Assembly (NCBI GenBank): GCA_045603585.1
Contig: JAZUMK010000002.1
Coordinates: forward strand, 6,522-70,521
Direction: 5' to 3'
DNA from: Clostridia bacterium
GTDB lineage: Bacteria; Bacillota; Clostridia; Christensenellales; CAG-138
DNA length: 64,000 bases
Within the stretch, counting starts at the first letter, position 1. Every line of letters begins with the position of its first letter. This document shows, piece by piece, positions 1-10,814 of this stretch. The notes below the pieces were generated by a model. It did not search any database, had not been told where the DNA came from, and saw only the letters and a list, made by a program, of their open reading frames with translations. The position numbers were made by a program, and so were the translations under genes.

Positions 1-1
1 G

Positions 2-373
2 TGCGTCAGGGCATTTATTTCCGGAGGCATCATATGCTGTATTGGCCAGCTTGTGCGGAACATGGGGGAAACTTTGCTGATGCTGAATGAAAAGGACACG
101 GCGGCATTTACCGCCATAGTTATGGTATTTCTGGGGGCAAGCCTCACCGGCTTTGGGGTATATGACAAAATAGGCGCATGGTCGGGAGCGGGCTCCATCG
201 TGCCCATTACCGGTTTTGCAAATTCAATTGTATCTCCGGCAATGGAGTTCAAGCGTGAAGGCTTTATTACCGGCACAGCGGCAAAGATGTTTACCATAGC
301 GGGGCCGGTATTGGTATACGGCGTGGGCAGCTCTGTATTGGCAGGGCTGATATATGCCCTGCTTAAACCATAG
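2..373 (+). CDS. spoVAC: Stage V sporulation protein AC, 5' end cut by the window edge
   Basis: The frame is open from nt 2 (..AFISGGIICCIGQLVRNMGETLL..) to TAG at 371-373. It is a small multi-pass membrane protein (GFANSIVSPAMEFKREGFITG) and sits directly upstream of SpoVAD and SpoVAE homologues, the conserved spoVAC-AD-AE order. Confidence 0.8.
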   Translation, partial: CVRAFISGGIICCIGQLVRNMGETLLMLNEKDTAAFTAIVMVFLGASLTGFGVYDKIGAWSGAGSIVPITGFANSIVSPAMEFKREGFITGTAAKMFTIAGPVLVYGVGSSVLAGLIYALLKP

Positions 374-383
374 GAGGTAAAAC

Positions 384-1427
384 ATGGATAACCTTATGCA
401 TGGTAAACGCATGGGAAGGCAAACCCTGATATTTTCCAATCCCGGCGCGGTAATAAGCAGCGCTGTAATTGCAGGCCCGCTGGAAGGCAGGGGACCGCTG
501 GGCAGCTGCTTTGATATTGTGCTGGAGGAGGACACCTGGGGAGAGGACAGCTGGGAAAAGGCGGAGCGCAAGATGTTTGAGCAGGCTGTACGCACCGCAA
601 TGGATAAGGCCGGGCTGAAGGCACAGGATATGGATTGTCTGCTGGGCGGAGATCTGCTGAATCAGATAATATCAGCAAATTTTGCTGCGCGGGAGCTGAA
701 GCTGCCGTTCTTAGGATTGTACGGCGCGTGCTCGACCATGGCAGAATCGCTGCTGATCGGCGGCATGCTTCTGGACGGAGGATATGCGCAGTGTGTTGCA
801 TGTACAGCCGCCAGCCATTTTTCCACAGCGGAGCGGCAATACAGAAATCCCCTTGAAATGGGCGGACAGACCACGCCCACAGCTCAGCGCACAGTTACCG
901 GCGCAGGCTGCAGCATAGCGGCGGGCAGCGGCTATAACGGAGACCGGATATACGGAAATGTATTCATCACCGCGGGCACGATAGGCCGGGTCACAGACCT
1001 TGGCATAACCGATGCAAACAATATGGGGGCGGCAATGGCACCTGCGGCGGCAGATACCCTTGCGGCGCACCTGAGCGATACCGGACGGGGCGTGATGGAT
1101 TACGACCTGATAGTAACCGGCGATCTGGGCAGATTCGGCAGCGAAATGTTTTTGGATCTTTGCAGGGATAAGGGGATAGATCTGCAGGGGCGGCATATGG
1201 ATTGCGGCAATGAGATATTCTCGCAGGAGCAGAAGGTGGATTGCGGCGGCAGCGGCTGCGGGTGCAGCGCATCTGTGTTAAACGGATATTTGCTGGAGCG
1301 GATAGAAAAGGGAGAACTGCGCCGCATATTTTTTATGGCCACAGGCGCGCTGCTGAGCCCCACAAGCTCAATGCAGAGCGAAAGTATACCCGGCATAGCA
1401 CACGGCGTGGTGCTGGAAAGGAAATAG
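384..1427 (+). CDS. spoVAD: Stage V sporulation protein AD (thiolase-like fold)
   Basis: The 347-aa product is collinear from memory with B. subtilis SpoVAD (GDLLNQ, GACSTM, ATAERQ[FY]R, GGSGCGCSA, IPGIAHGVV). An AGGAGG RBS lies at 374-379. Confidence 0.9.
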   Translation: MDNLMHGKRMGRQTLIFSNPGAVISSAVIAGPLEGRGPLGSCFDIVLEEDTWGEDSWEKAERKMFEQAVRTAMDKAGLKAQDMDCLLGGDLLNQIISANFAARELKLPFLGLYGACSTMAESLLIGGMLLDGGYAQCVACTAASHFSTAERQYRNPLEMGGQTTPTAQRTVTGAGCSIAAGSGYNGDRIYGNVFITAGTIGRVTDLGITDANNMGAAMAPAAADTLAAHLSDTGRGVMDYDLIVTGDLGRFGSEMFLDLCRDKGIDLQGRHMDCGNEIFSQEQKVDCGGSGCGCSASVLNGYLLERIEKGELRRIFFMATGALLSPTSSMQSESIPGIAHGVVLERK

Positions 1428-1429
1428 CT

Positions 1430-1786
1430 ATGGAATATGTCTGGGCTTTTGTGATCGGCGGCGGCATATGCGTAATAGGTCAGCTGCTGCTGAGTCTTAC
1501 CCGGCTTACACCGGCCCGTATACTGGTGATATTCGTAACTGTGGGAGTGGCGCTGTCTGCCCTTGGTGTATATGAGCCGCTGGTGGAGCTTGCGGGGGCA
1601 GGAGCAACCGTTCCCCTTACGGGATTCGGTTATTCTCTGGGCAAAGGGGCAATAGAGGCGGTACAGGAAAAGGGCATACTGGGCGCATTTACAGGGGGGA
1701 TCACCGCCACGGCAGGCGGCGTTGCTGCGGCAATAGTATTCGGGTATCTGTTTGCACTGATATGCACTCCGAAGACAAAGATGTAA
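1430..1786 (+). CDS. spoVAE: Stage V sporulation protein AE (small membrane protein)
   Basis: An internal ATG at 1430, 2 nt after the spoVAD stop, gives MEYVWAFVIGGGICVIGQLL... (118 aa). The product is paralogous to the SpoVAC frame at the window start. The longer track ORF starting at 1241 overlaps spoVAD and is rejected. Confidence 0.85.
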   Translation: MEYVWAFVIGGGICVIGQLLLSLTRLTPARILVIFVTVGVALSALGVYEPLVELAGAGATVPLTGFGYSLGKGAIEAVQEKGILGAFTGGITATAGGVAAAIVFGYLFALICTPKTKM

Positions 1787-1794
1787 AGCAAAAT

Positions 1795-1824
1795 AAAAAG
1801 TCCGGCAAAAGCCGGACTTTTTTG
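1795..1824. terminator. Bidirectional rho-independent terminator between spoVAE and the vanW-like gene
   Basis: The stem is GTCCGGC (1800-1806) / GCCGGAC (1811-1817) with an AAAA loop. An A-run lies upstream and a T-run at 1818-1823, between convergent stops. Confidence 0.8.
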
Positions 1825-1832
1825 TGTGCGGT

Positions 1833-3503
1833 TTATTGTACTGCGTTGGGATCGATGGCCGGTGCGGCAAGGGTATAGTTGCCGTCATCTCCTTCCACCA
1901 GCTGATAGGCGGGATCCAGGGGCTCGCCTGCATAGCCGGGCCATACATAGTAGCGGATGGGGTGCATCTTGTAGGTGGTATTGCCGATGGATTTGGTTTC
2001 GACTACTTCACCCTTGAGCTTGTAGGTCTTGAAGGATTCGTAGATATAGCCGGTAACGGCTTCGTTCTTTACCATCCAGTAGGGGGCGTAGAGGGAGCTC
2101 TTTACTTCATATTCCGGCATGCCGGGCACCAGTTCTTCCACCAGTGTGGAGCTGAGCTCTATTTCGTCAAAGGTTGCGGGGAAAGCTTCGCCGTAGATCT
2201 CACAATTTACATTGTAGTTTACCGTATCTATCCAGGTGAATATATATACGGGAGACTGGGTATTGTTCTTCCACTTGAAGTCGATTTCGCCGGTAACGGT
2301 GTTTATTGTGGCGTCAAGGCCATCGGGATAGCCGCTGGGGGTGGAATGGGCGCGGCGGGAAACCACTTCATAATCGCCATGCAATACAGCCATATAGGTG
2401 GTGGTGGCTATCTGGCATACGCCGCCGCCGGGCTGATCCTCATGGTCTGCGCCGCCGGAGATAACAGCGGGAGCAGCTTTCCAGCCGTTTTCAAAGGTGC
2501 GGTCGCCCAGTATGCCGTTGGCGGAGAATTCTTCGCCGGGCAGGAGAGTTTTGCCGTAAACCATGCCGCAGGCCTTTTCAAGATTGAAGCAGCGGCCTTC
2601 ATTGCGGCGCTTGCTGCGGTAGCTTGTGGAGGAGGAGCTTCTGAGAACAAGGGTCTCTTTAAGTGTTTCGATGGTAACATCGGATTGTATGGGGGCCATC
2701 ACAACTTCGATATCGCCGAAATCCAGCCCATCGCAGCGCTGCTTGACGGTTTCCATAAGGGCGGGGATATCCACGCCGTAGCCGTCCACGGCTTCCACAA
2801 ACTCGAAGAATACATCACGGACGTCTGTAATGGCGATGGCCTCTTCGCTCAGCTTGGCTTCTTTTGCGGCTTCACCGATAAGACCCAGATTGCGGGTATC
2901 GGGGGCGTTGGTGCCTTCCTTGATGGCGGGCATGCGGACGGTATAGGAAGCGGGGGTGGGAGCAATGGTCACGGCATCGGCGAAGGTGTGTATGAATGCC
3001 TCTACTCCGGTGGGTTCCACGGTGTATTCCAGAGTAAATTCGCGGCCGTTCTCCTTTATATCCATCATCTGCTCACGAAGGACGGTATACTCGCCGTCAC
3101 GGGCAAGAGCCATTGCCTCTGCAAGCACCTCTTCGGTATTGAAGGTGACGGTAAAGCAGGAGGAATCTGCGGTGTAGCTCTGACCGTTGCAGGTGAAATT
3201 GAGGTGTATTCCGGAGACGATTTCCTTTTCGGCGGTATCCGCAATGGCAGCGCGGGCTGCATCCATGGTCATGCCGGAAATATCAACTCCGTTTACAGAG
3301 ATACCTTCGTGGAAGGTGGTGCCGTTCATAATGGCCACCCTTTGCTGTTCTCTGTATATTACGAAATAATACAGGGTACCCAAAACCGCAACCAGCGCAG
3401 CAAGCACAATAAGCAGGGTCTTGAGAGCCTTGTTTGAGGATTGCTTTTTCTGTTTTCTGGAAGTTTTTTCTCTTGAGGTCTTTTCTCTGGCCTTTTTTTC
3501 CAT
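1833..3503 (-). CDS. VanW-family protein with an N-terminal lysine-rich tail and one TM anchor
   Basis: The 556-aa product carries the VanW-type core GGGVCQIATTTYMAVL..VSRRAHS. Its N-terminus is MEKKAREKTSREKTSRKQKK followed by a hydrophobic helix. Confidence 0.75.
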   Translation of the reverse strand: MEKKAREKTSREKTSRKQKKQSSNKALKTLLIVLAALVAVLGTLYYFVIYREQQRVAIMNGTTFHEGISVNGVDISGMTMDAARAAIADTAEKEIVSGIHLNFTCNGQSYTADSSCFTVTFNTEEVLAEAMALARDGEYTVLREQMMDIKENGREFTLEYTVEPTGVEAFIHTFADAVTIAPTPASYTVRMPAIKEGTNAPDTRNLGLIGEAAKEAKLSEEAIAITDVRDVFFEFVEAVDGYGVDIPALMETVKQRCDGLDFGDIEVVMAPIQSDVTIETLKETLVLRSSSSTSYRSKRRNEGRCFNLEKACGMVYGKTLLPGEEFSANGILGDRTFENGWKAAPAVISGGADHEDQPGGGVCQIATTTYMAVLHGDYEVVSRRAHSTPSGYPDGLDATINTVTGEIDFKWKNNTQSPVYIFTWIDTVNYNVNCEIYGEAFPATFDEIELSSTLVEELVPGMPEYEVKSSLYAPYWMVKNEAVTGYIYESFKTYKLKGEVVETKSIGNTTYKMHPIRYYVWPGYAGEPLDPAYQLVEGDDGNYTLAAPAIDPNAVQ

Positions 3504-3735
3504 TATTACTCCGCTTTCTCTTTGGTATTGTTATGAAAATGCGGCGGCAAAATGCATTGCCTATGCCCTTTTATTATATGTGATTTAAAGGGCGAGGTAA
3601 AGCCTTTAGTGGTCTTAAAAATCAGTACAATTTGTTAACTTTCCTTGACTGTCGGGATGTGTTGCATATTCATGAATCAAATGTTAAAATAATAAATTGT
3701 GATAATAAAGGCTGAATCAAGGAGGTAAACTGCTG

Positions 3736-4362
3736 ATGAGAGAAAAAAGCGTAAGGACGCTTGTACTGTACGGCATGTTTGTTGCTGTGGTATTTTTGCT
3801 GGGTCTTACTCCTCTCGGATATATATACCTGCCCATGGCCTCCATAACCACGGTGCATATTCCCGTAATTGTGGGCGGCTATACCCTCGGCAAAAAAGGC
3901 GGTGCGGTGCTGGGCTTTTTCTTTGGCCTTACCAGCTTCATAAAGTGCTTTACCACACCTGATGCCATCGCTGCCATAATGCTGGGCACCACCACGGGAT
4001 TCGGCGCATACAATCTGCTGCTCATCCTCGCGGTGCTTTTCCTTCCTCGTATACTCACCGGCTTCTTTGCTGCCTCTGTATATCAGCTTATCGGCGGCAC
4101 AGGCAAGCGGCAGGCGGCCGCAATGGGCATAAGCGCATTCGTGGGCAGTATGACCAATACGGTTTTCTTCCTCGGCGGACTGTATATACTTGCATTTGAG
4201 CAGACAGCTGCCGCAATGGGCGTGGCGGGCAGCGCACTGGCAGCCACCCTGATGGGCATCGTTGCGGGCAACGGCATAATCGAGGCAATAGCCGCAGTTG
4301 TTATCTGTACCGCTGTGGGCAAGGCGATAAGCGCATACACAAACAGAAACAGCAGCAACTAA
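3736..4362 (+). CDS. ECF-transporter substrate-specific (S) component, possibly pantothenate-specific (PanT-like)
   Basis: The 208-aa product is a roughly 6-TM protein of the ECF S-component type, with an AAGGAGG RBS at 3719-3725. Pantothenate specificity is inferred only from adjacency to coaX. Confidence 0.6.
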   Translation: MREKSVRTLVLYGMFVAVVFLLGLTPLGYIYLPMASITTVHIPVIVGGYTLGKKGGAVLGFFFGLTSFIKCFTTPDAIAAIMLGTTTGFGAYNLLLILAVLFLPRILTGFFAASVYQLIGGTGKRQAAAMGISAFVGSMTNTVFFLGGLYILAFEQTAAAMGVAGSALAATLMGIVAGNGIIEAIAAVVICTAVGKAISAYTNRNSSN

Positions 4363-4393
4363 ATTATAATTTGCGATTGGAGATTTTTTACCT

Positions 4394-5161
4394 ATGCTGA
4401 TGGTAATGGACATAGGCAATACCAATATAAAGACCGGCCTCTTCGTAGACGGCAAGCTTAAAAATTCATGGAGGCTGCAGACCAATCATCTGCGCACTGC
4501 CGATGAATACGGCACCATGATGGAAAGCTTTTTCAACCATCTGGGTATACCCACCGAATCGGTGGACGGCATAATCATGTCCTCTGTAATTCCTTCCATG
4601 AACTACACCATGGAGCATATGTGTGAGCTGTATTTCCATCGCCGCAAGGTAATGGTCGTAAGCAGCGAGCTGAATCTTGGGCTGAATATCAAGTATGATC
4701 TGCCATCCCAGCTGGGCTCCGACCGTATCTGCAATTCCGTTGAGGCCTATCATCGCTACGGCGGCCCCTGTGTGGTTGTTGACTTCGGTACTGCTACCAA
4801 CTTTGCTGTTATCTCCGAAGAGGGTGATTTCCTTGGCGGTCTTATCTGCCCCGGCATAATGGTATCTGCGGATGCCCTGGTGGAGCGGGCGGCAATGCTT
4901 CACAAGGTTGAATATGTAATGCCTGAAAAGGTAATAGGCACCAACACAAAAGAAGGCATACAGTCCGGTCTGATACGCGGCTACGTTGGCCAGGTGGACT
5001 ATATCCTTCAGCAGATTGAAAAAGAACTGGGCGCAAAGCCCACCGTTGTTGCCACCGGTGGCATGTCCGGCATGATTGCCAACGAAACCAGGCGTATTGA
5101 CGTGGTAAATCCCACCCTTACCCTAGAAGGACTTGCCCGCATATACGAAATGAACAAATAG
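4394..5161 (+). CDS. coaX: Type III pantothenate kinase
   Basis: The 255-aa product has the N-terminal (M)VMDIGNTNIKTG motif, an ASKHA-fold signature typical of CoaX, plus later DFGTATN and ATGG motifs. Confidence 0.9.
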   Translation: MLMVMDIGNTNIKTGLFVDGKLKNSWRLQTNHLRTADEYGTMMESFFNHLGIPTESVDGIIMSSVIPSMNYTMEHMCELYFHRRKVMVVSSELNLGLNIKYDLPSQLGSDRICNSVEAYHRYGGPCVVVDFGTATNFAVISEEGDFLGGLICPGIMVSADALVERAAMLHKVEYVMPEKVIGTNTKEGIQSGLIRGYVGQVDYILQQIEKELGAKPTVVATGGMSGMIANETRRIDVVNPTLTLEGLARIYEMNK

Positions 5162-5163
5162 CC

Positions 5164-5334
5164 TCAGCGGCTCAGATAATCCACAGCGTAGGATATGCTG
5201 AGCATAAGCTGAAGGGCAAATAGCACATAACACACATTGCGCCGGGGGATATCCTTCCGGCGCTTAAATATTTCCGCCCCTATGAGAGGCACAAGGGGAA
5301 TGATCCCCGCATACAGCAGCAGAAGCATCTTCAT
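5164..5334 (-). CDS. Small (56 aa) two-helix membrane protein, unannotated in the ORF track
   Basis: The reverse strand reads GGGAGG, 9 nt, then ATG at 5334. The product is MKMLLLLYAGIIPLVPLIGAEIFKRRKDIPRRNVCYVLFALQLMLSISYAVDYLSR with a stop at 5164-5166. No family was recognised. Confidence 0.4.
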   Translation of the reverse strand: MKMLLLLYAGIIPLVPLIGAEIFKRRKDIPRRNVCYVLFALQLMLSISYAVDYLSR

Positions 5335-5529
5335 GAATTTTTACCTCCCGATGAGATATGAAAAACTATACATGAAGAATAACATCGTCGATGAAGCAGG
5401 AGCGATAGTGGGAAAGTGGAAAAGAGGGAATATTATAGTGCAGATAATCCGATGGCTGTGCTATAATGGGAAACGTAAACAGCGCATCGTTGAATTATTG
5501 ATAAATCCATTAAACGAGGAGATAACACA

Positions 5530-5811
5530 ATGGTAACTCACATCGTATGCCACAAGTACACTGACCGGGAAGAGGCAAAAAAGATAGCTCCCATGCTCAA
5601 GGGTCTGGTGGGCAAAGTTCCCGGCCTTATCAGCATGGAAGCCGGCGCAGATTTCATTGGCAGCGCAAGGAGCTACGACCTTGCTCTGGTGGCAAAGTTT
5701 GCTACCCGCGAGGATCTTGCCGTATATGCCGATCATCCCGAGCATGTAAAGGTAAAGGAGTATATCCATACCGTACTGCAGAATGGTATTTCTGTGGATT
5801 TCGAGGATTAA
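5530..5811 (+). CDS. Dabb-family (stress-responsive alpha/beta-barrel) protein
   Basis: The 93-aa product has the typical Dabb pattern (HIVxxK..., DLALVAKFATREDLAVYADHPEHVKV). A GAGGAG RBS is present and a TGcTATAAT extended -10 lies at 5459-5467. The gene ends 13 nt before uvrB. Confidence 0.75.
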   Translation: MVTHIVCHKYTDREEAKKIAPMLKGLVGKVPGLISMEAGADFIGSARSYDLALVAKFATREDLAVYADHPEHVKVKEYIHTVLQNGISVDFED

Positions 5812-5824
5812 TTAAGCAATAAAC

Positions 5825-7831
5825 ATGGGTGAATTCAAAGTAGTATCCCCATTTCAGCCTCAGGGTGATCAGCCTGAGGCTATTGCTGCGCTCAGCGAAG
5901 GGGTAAAGGCAGGGGAAAAGCTGCAGGTGCTGCTGGGCGTAACGGGCAGCGGCAAAACCTATACCATGGCAAAGGTAATAGAGCAGGTGCAGATGCCCAC
6001 TCTGGTCATTGCCCACAACAAGACCCTTGCGGCACAGCTATGCGGTGAGCTGAGGGAGTTTTTTCCGGACAGCGCAGTGGAGTATTTCGTATCCTATTAC
6101 GATTACTATCAGCCCGAGGCATATATTGCCGCATCCGATACTTATATCGAAAAAGTTGCCACGGTAAATGACGAAATAGACAAGCTTCGCCATAGCGCTA
6201 CCTGCGCCCTCAATGAGCGCCGGGATGTTATAATTGTGGCTTCCGTCAGCTGCATATACGCATTGGGCGACCCCGAGGAATACCTCAAGCTGTCAATATC
6301 CCTGAGAAGGGGCATGACGATTGACCGTGATGAAGTCATGCGTAAGCTGGTGGATATACAGTATCAGCGCAATGAATATGACTTTGTCCGCGGCACATTC
6401 AGGGCAAAAGGCGACGTACTGGAGATATTCCCCTCAAACTGGTCGGACAAGGCTCTCAGGGTGGAGTTTTTTGGGGATGAAATCGAGCGCATCAGCGAGG
6501 TGAACTGTCTTACCGGCGAGATATTGCTGGACAGGGCTCACGTTGCGGTGTTCCCCGCTTCCCATTATGCCACCGGAAGAGACAAGCTGATTCAGGCCCT
6601 TGAGGCAATAGAAAAGGACCTTTACGACAGGGTGGCTGAGCTGAAGGCGCAGGATAAGCTGTTGGAGGCACAGCGTCTTGAACAGCGCACCCTGTACGAC
6701 ATGGAGATGATGAGGGAGATAGGCTATTGTCAGGGCATAGAAAACTACTCCAGATACTTTGACGGACGCAGCCCCGGTCAGCCTCCGTATACCCTTATCG
6801 ATTATTTCCCGGATGATTTCCTCATGATAATAGACGAGTCCCACGTTACCCTGCCTCAGGTAAGGGGCATGTTCAGCGGCGACCTGTCCCGAAAGAGGGA
6901 ATTGGTGGAATACGGCTTCCGCATACCCAGCGCCTTTGACAACAGGCCCTTGAAGTTTGACGAATTCAAGGAGCGGATACATCAGCTTATCTGCGTATCC
7001 GCAACCCCCGGCGACTATGAGCTGGGCCTTGCCGAGCGGGTGGCGGAGCAGGTTATCCGCCCCACCGGCCTTGTGGATCCCGAAATTGATATCCGTCCCG
7101 TGACCGGTCAGGTTGACGACCTGCTGGGCGAAATAAGAAAAACCACAGAAAAAGGGCACAGAGTACTGGTTACCACCCTTACAAAGCGCATGGCGGAGAT
7201 GCTGACAGAGTATCTTGACGGGATGGGAGTAAGGGTAAGGTATATGCATTCCGAAATAGAAACCATAGAGCGCATGGAGATAATCCGGGATCTGCGCCTT
7301 GGTGAATTTGACGTGCTGGTAGGCATAAACCTGCTCAGGGAAGGTCTTGACCTGCCTGAGGTGGGCCTTGTGGCAATACTGGATGCGGATAAGGAGGGCT
7401 TCCTCCGTTCATCCACCTCCCTCATACAGACCATAGGCCGCGCCGCGCGAAATGCGGAGGGCCATGTAATAATGTATGCAGACGAGATAACCCCCTCCAT
7501 GAAGGCGGCCATAGATGAAACCGCCCGCAGAAGGGAAAAACAGCAGGAATACAACATTGCCCACAACATAACCCCAAAGAGCATAACCAAGGCGGTGCAC
7601 GACATAATCGAAATAAGCGGCAGACCCAAGGAAAAGCTGCAGGAAAACCGGGAGGCTCAGATAGAGCTGCTGCGTGAGCAGATGAGGGCTGCAGCGGCAG
7701 AACTGGACTTTGAAACCGCCGCAAAGCTGAGGGACAGGCTCTTTGATCTTACCGGAGAGGATAAACCTAAAAAGGTTGCCCCGGGAACGCCCGGCAGCAA
7801 GCGGAACGCAAGAGGAAGAACCAGAAAATAG
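5825..7831 (+). CDS. uvrB: Excinuclease ABC subunit B
   Basis: The 668-aa product has the N-terminal PQGDQPEAI motif, Walker A GVTGSGKT, helicase motifs and a C-terminal UVR domain ([11 protein letters not shown]). Confidence 0.97.
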   Translation: MGEFKVVSPFQPQGDQPEAIAALSEGVKAGEKLQVLLGVTGSGKTYTMAKVIEQVQMPTLVIAHNKTLAAQLCGELREFFPDSAVEYFVSYYDYYQPEAYIAASDTYIEKVATVNDEIDKLRHSATCALNERRDVIIVASVSCIYALGDPEEYLKLSISLRRGMTIDRDEVMRKLVDIQYQRNEYDFVRGTFRAKGDVLEIFPSNWSDKALRVEFFGDEIERISEVNCLTGEILLDRAHVAVFPASHYATGRDKLIQALEAIEKDLYDRVAELKAQDKLLEAQRLEQRTLYDMEMMREIGYCQGIENYSRYFDGRSPGQPPYTLIDYFPDDFLMIIDESHVTLPQVRGMFSGDLSRKRELVEYGFRIPSAFDNRPLKFDEFKERIHQLICVSATPGDYELGLAERVAEQVIRPTGLVDPEIDIRPVTGQVDDLLGEIRKTTEKGHRVLVTTLTKRMAEMLTEYLDGMGVRVRYMHSEIETIERMEIIRDLRLGEFDVLVGINLLREGLDLPEVGLVAILDADKEGFLRSSTSLIQTIGRAARNAEGHVIMYADEITPSMKAAIDETARRREKQQEYNIAHNITPKSITKAVHDIIEISGRPKEKLQENREAQIELLREQMRAAAAELDFETAAKLRDRLFDLTGEDKPKKVAPGTPGSKRNARGRTRK

Positions 7832-7840
7832 GAAAAAGCA

Positions 7841-10699
7841 ATGAACGAACAGCTGATAATCAGGGGCGCAAGGGAACATAACCTCAAGGATATAGATATA
7901 ACCCTTCCCCGCAATAAATTAATAGTATTCACAGGCCTCAGCGGCAGCGGAAAGTCCTCTCTGGCCTTTGATACCATATACGCAGAAGGACAGCGCAGAT
8001 ATGTGGAGTCACTTTCTTCATATGCAAGGCTGTTCCTTGGGCAGATGGATAAGCCGGATGTGGATTACATCGAGGGCCTTTCTCCTGCCATAAGCATCGA
8101 TCAGAAAAGTACATCAAACAACCCCCGCTCCACAGTGGGCACCGTAACCGAAATACACGACTATTTCAGATTGCTGTACGCAAGGACGGGCCATCCCCAT
8201 TGCCCCAAGTGCGGTCTGCCCATAGAGCGGCAGAGCATAGACGTGGTGGTGGACAGGATAATGTCCCTTGGAGAGGGCAGGATACAGATCATCGCCCCCG
8301 CTGTGCGCTCCAAAAAAGGAGAGCATGCAAAGCTGCTGGAGCAGATACGCAAGGACGGCTACGTCCGCGTGCGGGTGGATGGGGAAGTGTATGACATAAA
8401 CGAAGTACCTCCCCTTAATAAGCAGAAGAAGCACACCATAGACGTTATAGTGGACAGGCTCATAATAAAGCCTGGCATAGAAAGCCGCCTTGCGGAATCC
8501 ATGGAAACCGCATTCGCCTTTGGCGACGGCCTTGCAAAGGTGGACGTTATAGGCAAGGAAGAACTGCTGTTTTCCGAGAAGTATTCCTGTCCCGATTGCG
8601 GCATAAGCATACCGGAGCTTACTCCCCGCATGTTTTCCTTCAATAACCCCTACGGCGCATGTCCCTGCTGCAGCGGCCTGGGCTCATTGATGAAGGTTGA
8701 TCCCGATCTGGTCGTGCCGGATAAAAGCCTCAGCCTTTCCGAGGGCGCAATTAACGTTAGCGGCTGGCAGAGCGGCGCAAGCGGCGGCAGCATGGCAGAA
8801 ATGTACTTTGGCGCAATAGCAAAGCACTATGGCTTTTCCATGGATGTTCCGTATGAAGAGCTGCCCGAAAAGGCAAAGCAGGTACTGCTGTACGGCACAG
8901 GTGATGAAAAAATGGAGGTCAGCTACCAGCGCGAGTATGGCAGCGGCACATTCAAGACCTCCTTTGAGGGGATCATCACCAACCTTGAGCGGCGCTATCA
9001 TGAAACCCAGTCCGACGGCATGAAGCAGGTCATCGAAAGCTACATGTCAAATATCCCCTGCCCCGAGTGCAATGGCAAAAGGCTTAAGCCCGAGAGCCTT
9101 GCGGTGACCGTGGGCGGCAAATCCATTGCAGAGGTCAGCGACATGACGGTATCTGCGGCGGAGGATTTCATAAGCAGCCTGACCCTGTCTGAAACAGAGC
9201 GCATGATAGCCGAGCGCATAGTGAAGGAGATAAGCGCAAGGCTGGGCTTCCTCAGGAATGTGGGCCTTGATTACCTTACCCTGTCCCGCGGCGCGTGCAC
9301 CCTGTCCGGCGGCGAGGCACAGCGCATTCGCCTGGCGACTCAGATAGGCAGCGGCCTTATGGGTGTGCTGTATATACTGGACGAACCCAGTATAGGCCTG
9401 CATCAGCGTGATAATGCAAGGCTGCTGAATACCCTCAAGGGCATGCGGGATATGGGCAATACCCTTATCGTTGTGGAGCATGATGAAGAAACCATGCTCG
9501 CCGCAGATTACCTTGTGGATATCGGTCCCGGCGCAGGAGAACACGGCGGCAGAATAGTTGCCGAAGGCACCCCCAATGAGATAATGGAATCCGAAAAGTC
9601 CATTACCGGCCGGTTCCTTTCCGGCCGAAGGTTTATTCCCCTGCCCGAGGAACGCCGCAGCAATGACGGGCGCTGGCTCAGGGTAAAGAACGCAAGGGTG
9701 AACAACCTTAAAAATGTGGATGTGGATATACCCTTGGGCGTATTCACCTGCGTTACCGGCGTATCCGGCAGCGGAAAGAGCAGCCTTGTGAATGAGGTGG
9801 TAAAAAAGACGCTGCTCCATGACCTCAACAGGGCAAAGCACTGTCCCAAGGATGTATGTGATGGCATAGAGGGCATACATCAGCTGGATAAGATAATCGA
9901 CATTGACCAGTCTCCCATAGGCCGCACACCCCGCAGCAATCCTGCCACATATACCGGCCTCTTTGATATGATAAGGGACATATTCGCAATGACCCCCGAT
10001 GCAAAGGTGAGGGGATATAATAACGGCCGCTTCAGCTTTAACGTGAAGGGCGGACGATGCGAGGCCTGCCGGGGCGACGGCATGCTCAAGATAGAGATGC
10101 ATTTCCTGCCCGATGTATATGTGCCCTGCGAGGTATGCAAGGGCAAGCGCTACAACCGGGAAACCCTTGAGGTAAAATACAAGGGAAAGAGCATATCCGA
10201 TGTGCTGGATATGACGGTGGAGGAAGCGCTGGAGTTTTTCCGTCCCATAGATAGGATAAGGCGCAAGCTGCAGACCCTTCAGGATGTCGGCCTTGGCTAT
10301 ATCAAGCTGGGACAGCCGTCAACCACCCTTTCCGGCGGCGAGGCTCAGCGTGTAAAGCTGGCCACAGAGCTGTCCAGAAGAGATACCGGCAAAACCCTGT
10401 ATGTGCTGGATGAACCCACCACCGGCCTGCATATGGCGGATGTGGAAAGGCTGCTGGATATTCTCAAGCGCCTTGCGGACGGCGGCAGTTCGGTCGTGGT
10501 AATAGAGCACAATCTGGATGTTATCAAGTGCGCCGATTACATAATCGATATGGGTCCCGAAGGCGGCGCGGGCGGCGGTACGGTCGTTGCCGCGGGCACT
10601 CCCGAGGAGGTTGCCAAAGCTGAGCAAAGCCATACCGGAAGATACCTTGCTCCCATACTTGAAAGGGACAGGAAACGCACTGATAAAAATAAAGCATGA
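7841..10699 (+). CDS. uvrA: Excinuclease ABC subunit A
   Basis: The 952-aa product starts (I)RGAREHNLK and has two ABC ATPase modules (GLSGSGKSS and GVSGSGKSS), Zn-finger cysteines and LSGGEAQR signatures. Confidence 0.97.
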   Translation: MNEQLIIRGAREHNLKDIDITLPRNKLIVFTGLSGSGKSSLAFDTIYAEGQRRYVESLSSYARLFLGQMDKPDVDYIEGLSPAISIDQKSTSNNPRSTVGTVTEIHDYFRLLYARTGHPHCPKCGLPIERQSIDVVVDRIMSLGEGRIQIIAPAVRSKKGEHAKLLEQIRKDGYVRVRVDGEVYDINEVPPLNKQKKHTIDVIVDRLIIKPGIESRLAESMETAFAFGDGLAKVDVIGKEELLFSEKYSCPDCGISIPELTPRMFSFNNPYGACPCCSGLGSLMKVDPDLVVPDKSLSLSEGAINVSGWQSGASGGSMAEMYFGAIAKHYGFSMDVPYEELPEKAKQVLLYGTGDEKMEVSYQREYGSGTFKTSFEGIITNLERRYHETQSDGMKQVIESYMSNIPCPECNGKRLKPESLAVTVGGKSIAEVSDMTVSAAEDFISSLTLSETERMIAERIVKEISARLGFLRNVGLDYLTLSRGACTLSGGEAQRIRLATQIGSGLMGVLYILDEPSIGLHQRDNARLLNTLKGMRDMGNTLIVVEHDEETMLAADYLVDIGPGAGEHGGRIVAEGTPNEIMESEKSITGRFLSGRRFIPLPEERRSNDGRWLRVKNARVNNLKNVDVDIPLGVFTCVTGVSGSGKSSLVNEVVKKTLLHDLNRAKHCPKDVCDGIEGIHQLDKIIDIDQSPIGRTPRSNPATYTGLFDMIRDIFAMTPDAKVRGYNNGRFSFNVKGGRCEACRGDGMLKIEMHFLPDVYVPCEVCKGKRYNRETLEVKYKGKSISDVLDMTVEEALEFFRPIDRIRRKLQTLQDVGLGYIKLGQPSTTLSGGEAQRVKLATELSRRDTGKTLYVLDEPTTGLHMADVERLLDILKRLADGGSSVVVIEHNLDVIKCADYIIDMGPEGGAGGGTVVAAGTPEEVAKAEQSHTGRYLAPILERDRKRTDKNKA

Positions 10700-10723
10700 T
10701 TGTCGAGATGTTATCAAACGCAC

Positions 10724-10752
10724 TTGAAAATACCGCATGCAGGGCGTATAAT
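10724..10752 (+). promoter_or_regulatory. Sigma-A-type promoter for rex
   Basis: The sequence is TTGAAA (10724-10729), a 17-nt spacer, then TATAAT (10747-10752), about 60 nt upstream of the rex ATG. Confidence 0.55.
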
Positions 10753-10814
10753 AATTTATGATAATGGACGATGGGCGTATTGTTGCCCTATGGTTATAAA
10801 GGTGGAGGAATAGT

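Noticed and set aside
3620-3640. A possible Rex operator half-site, TTGTTAA, upstream of the ECF S-component gene, and another at about 31406
   Set aside because: Only half-sites are present. No TTGTTAA-N4-TTAACAA-type palindrome was found, so no Rex box is claimed.
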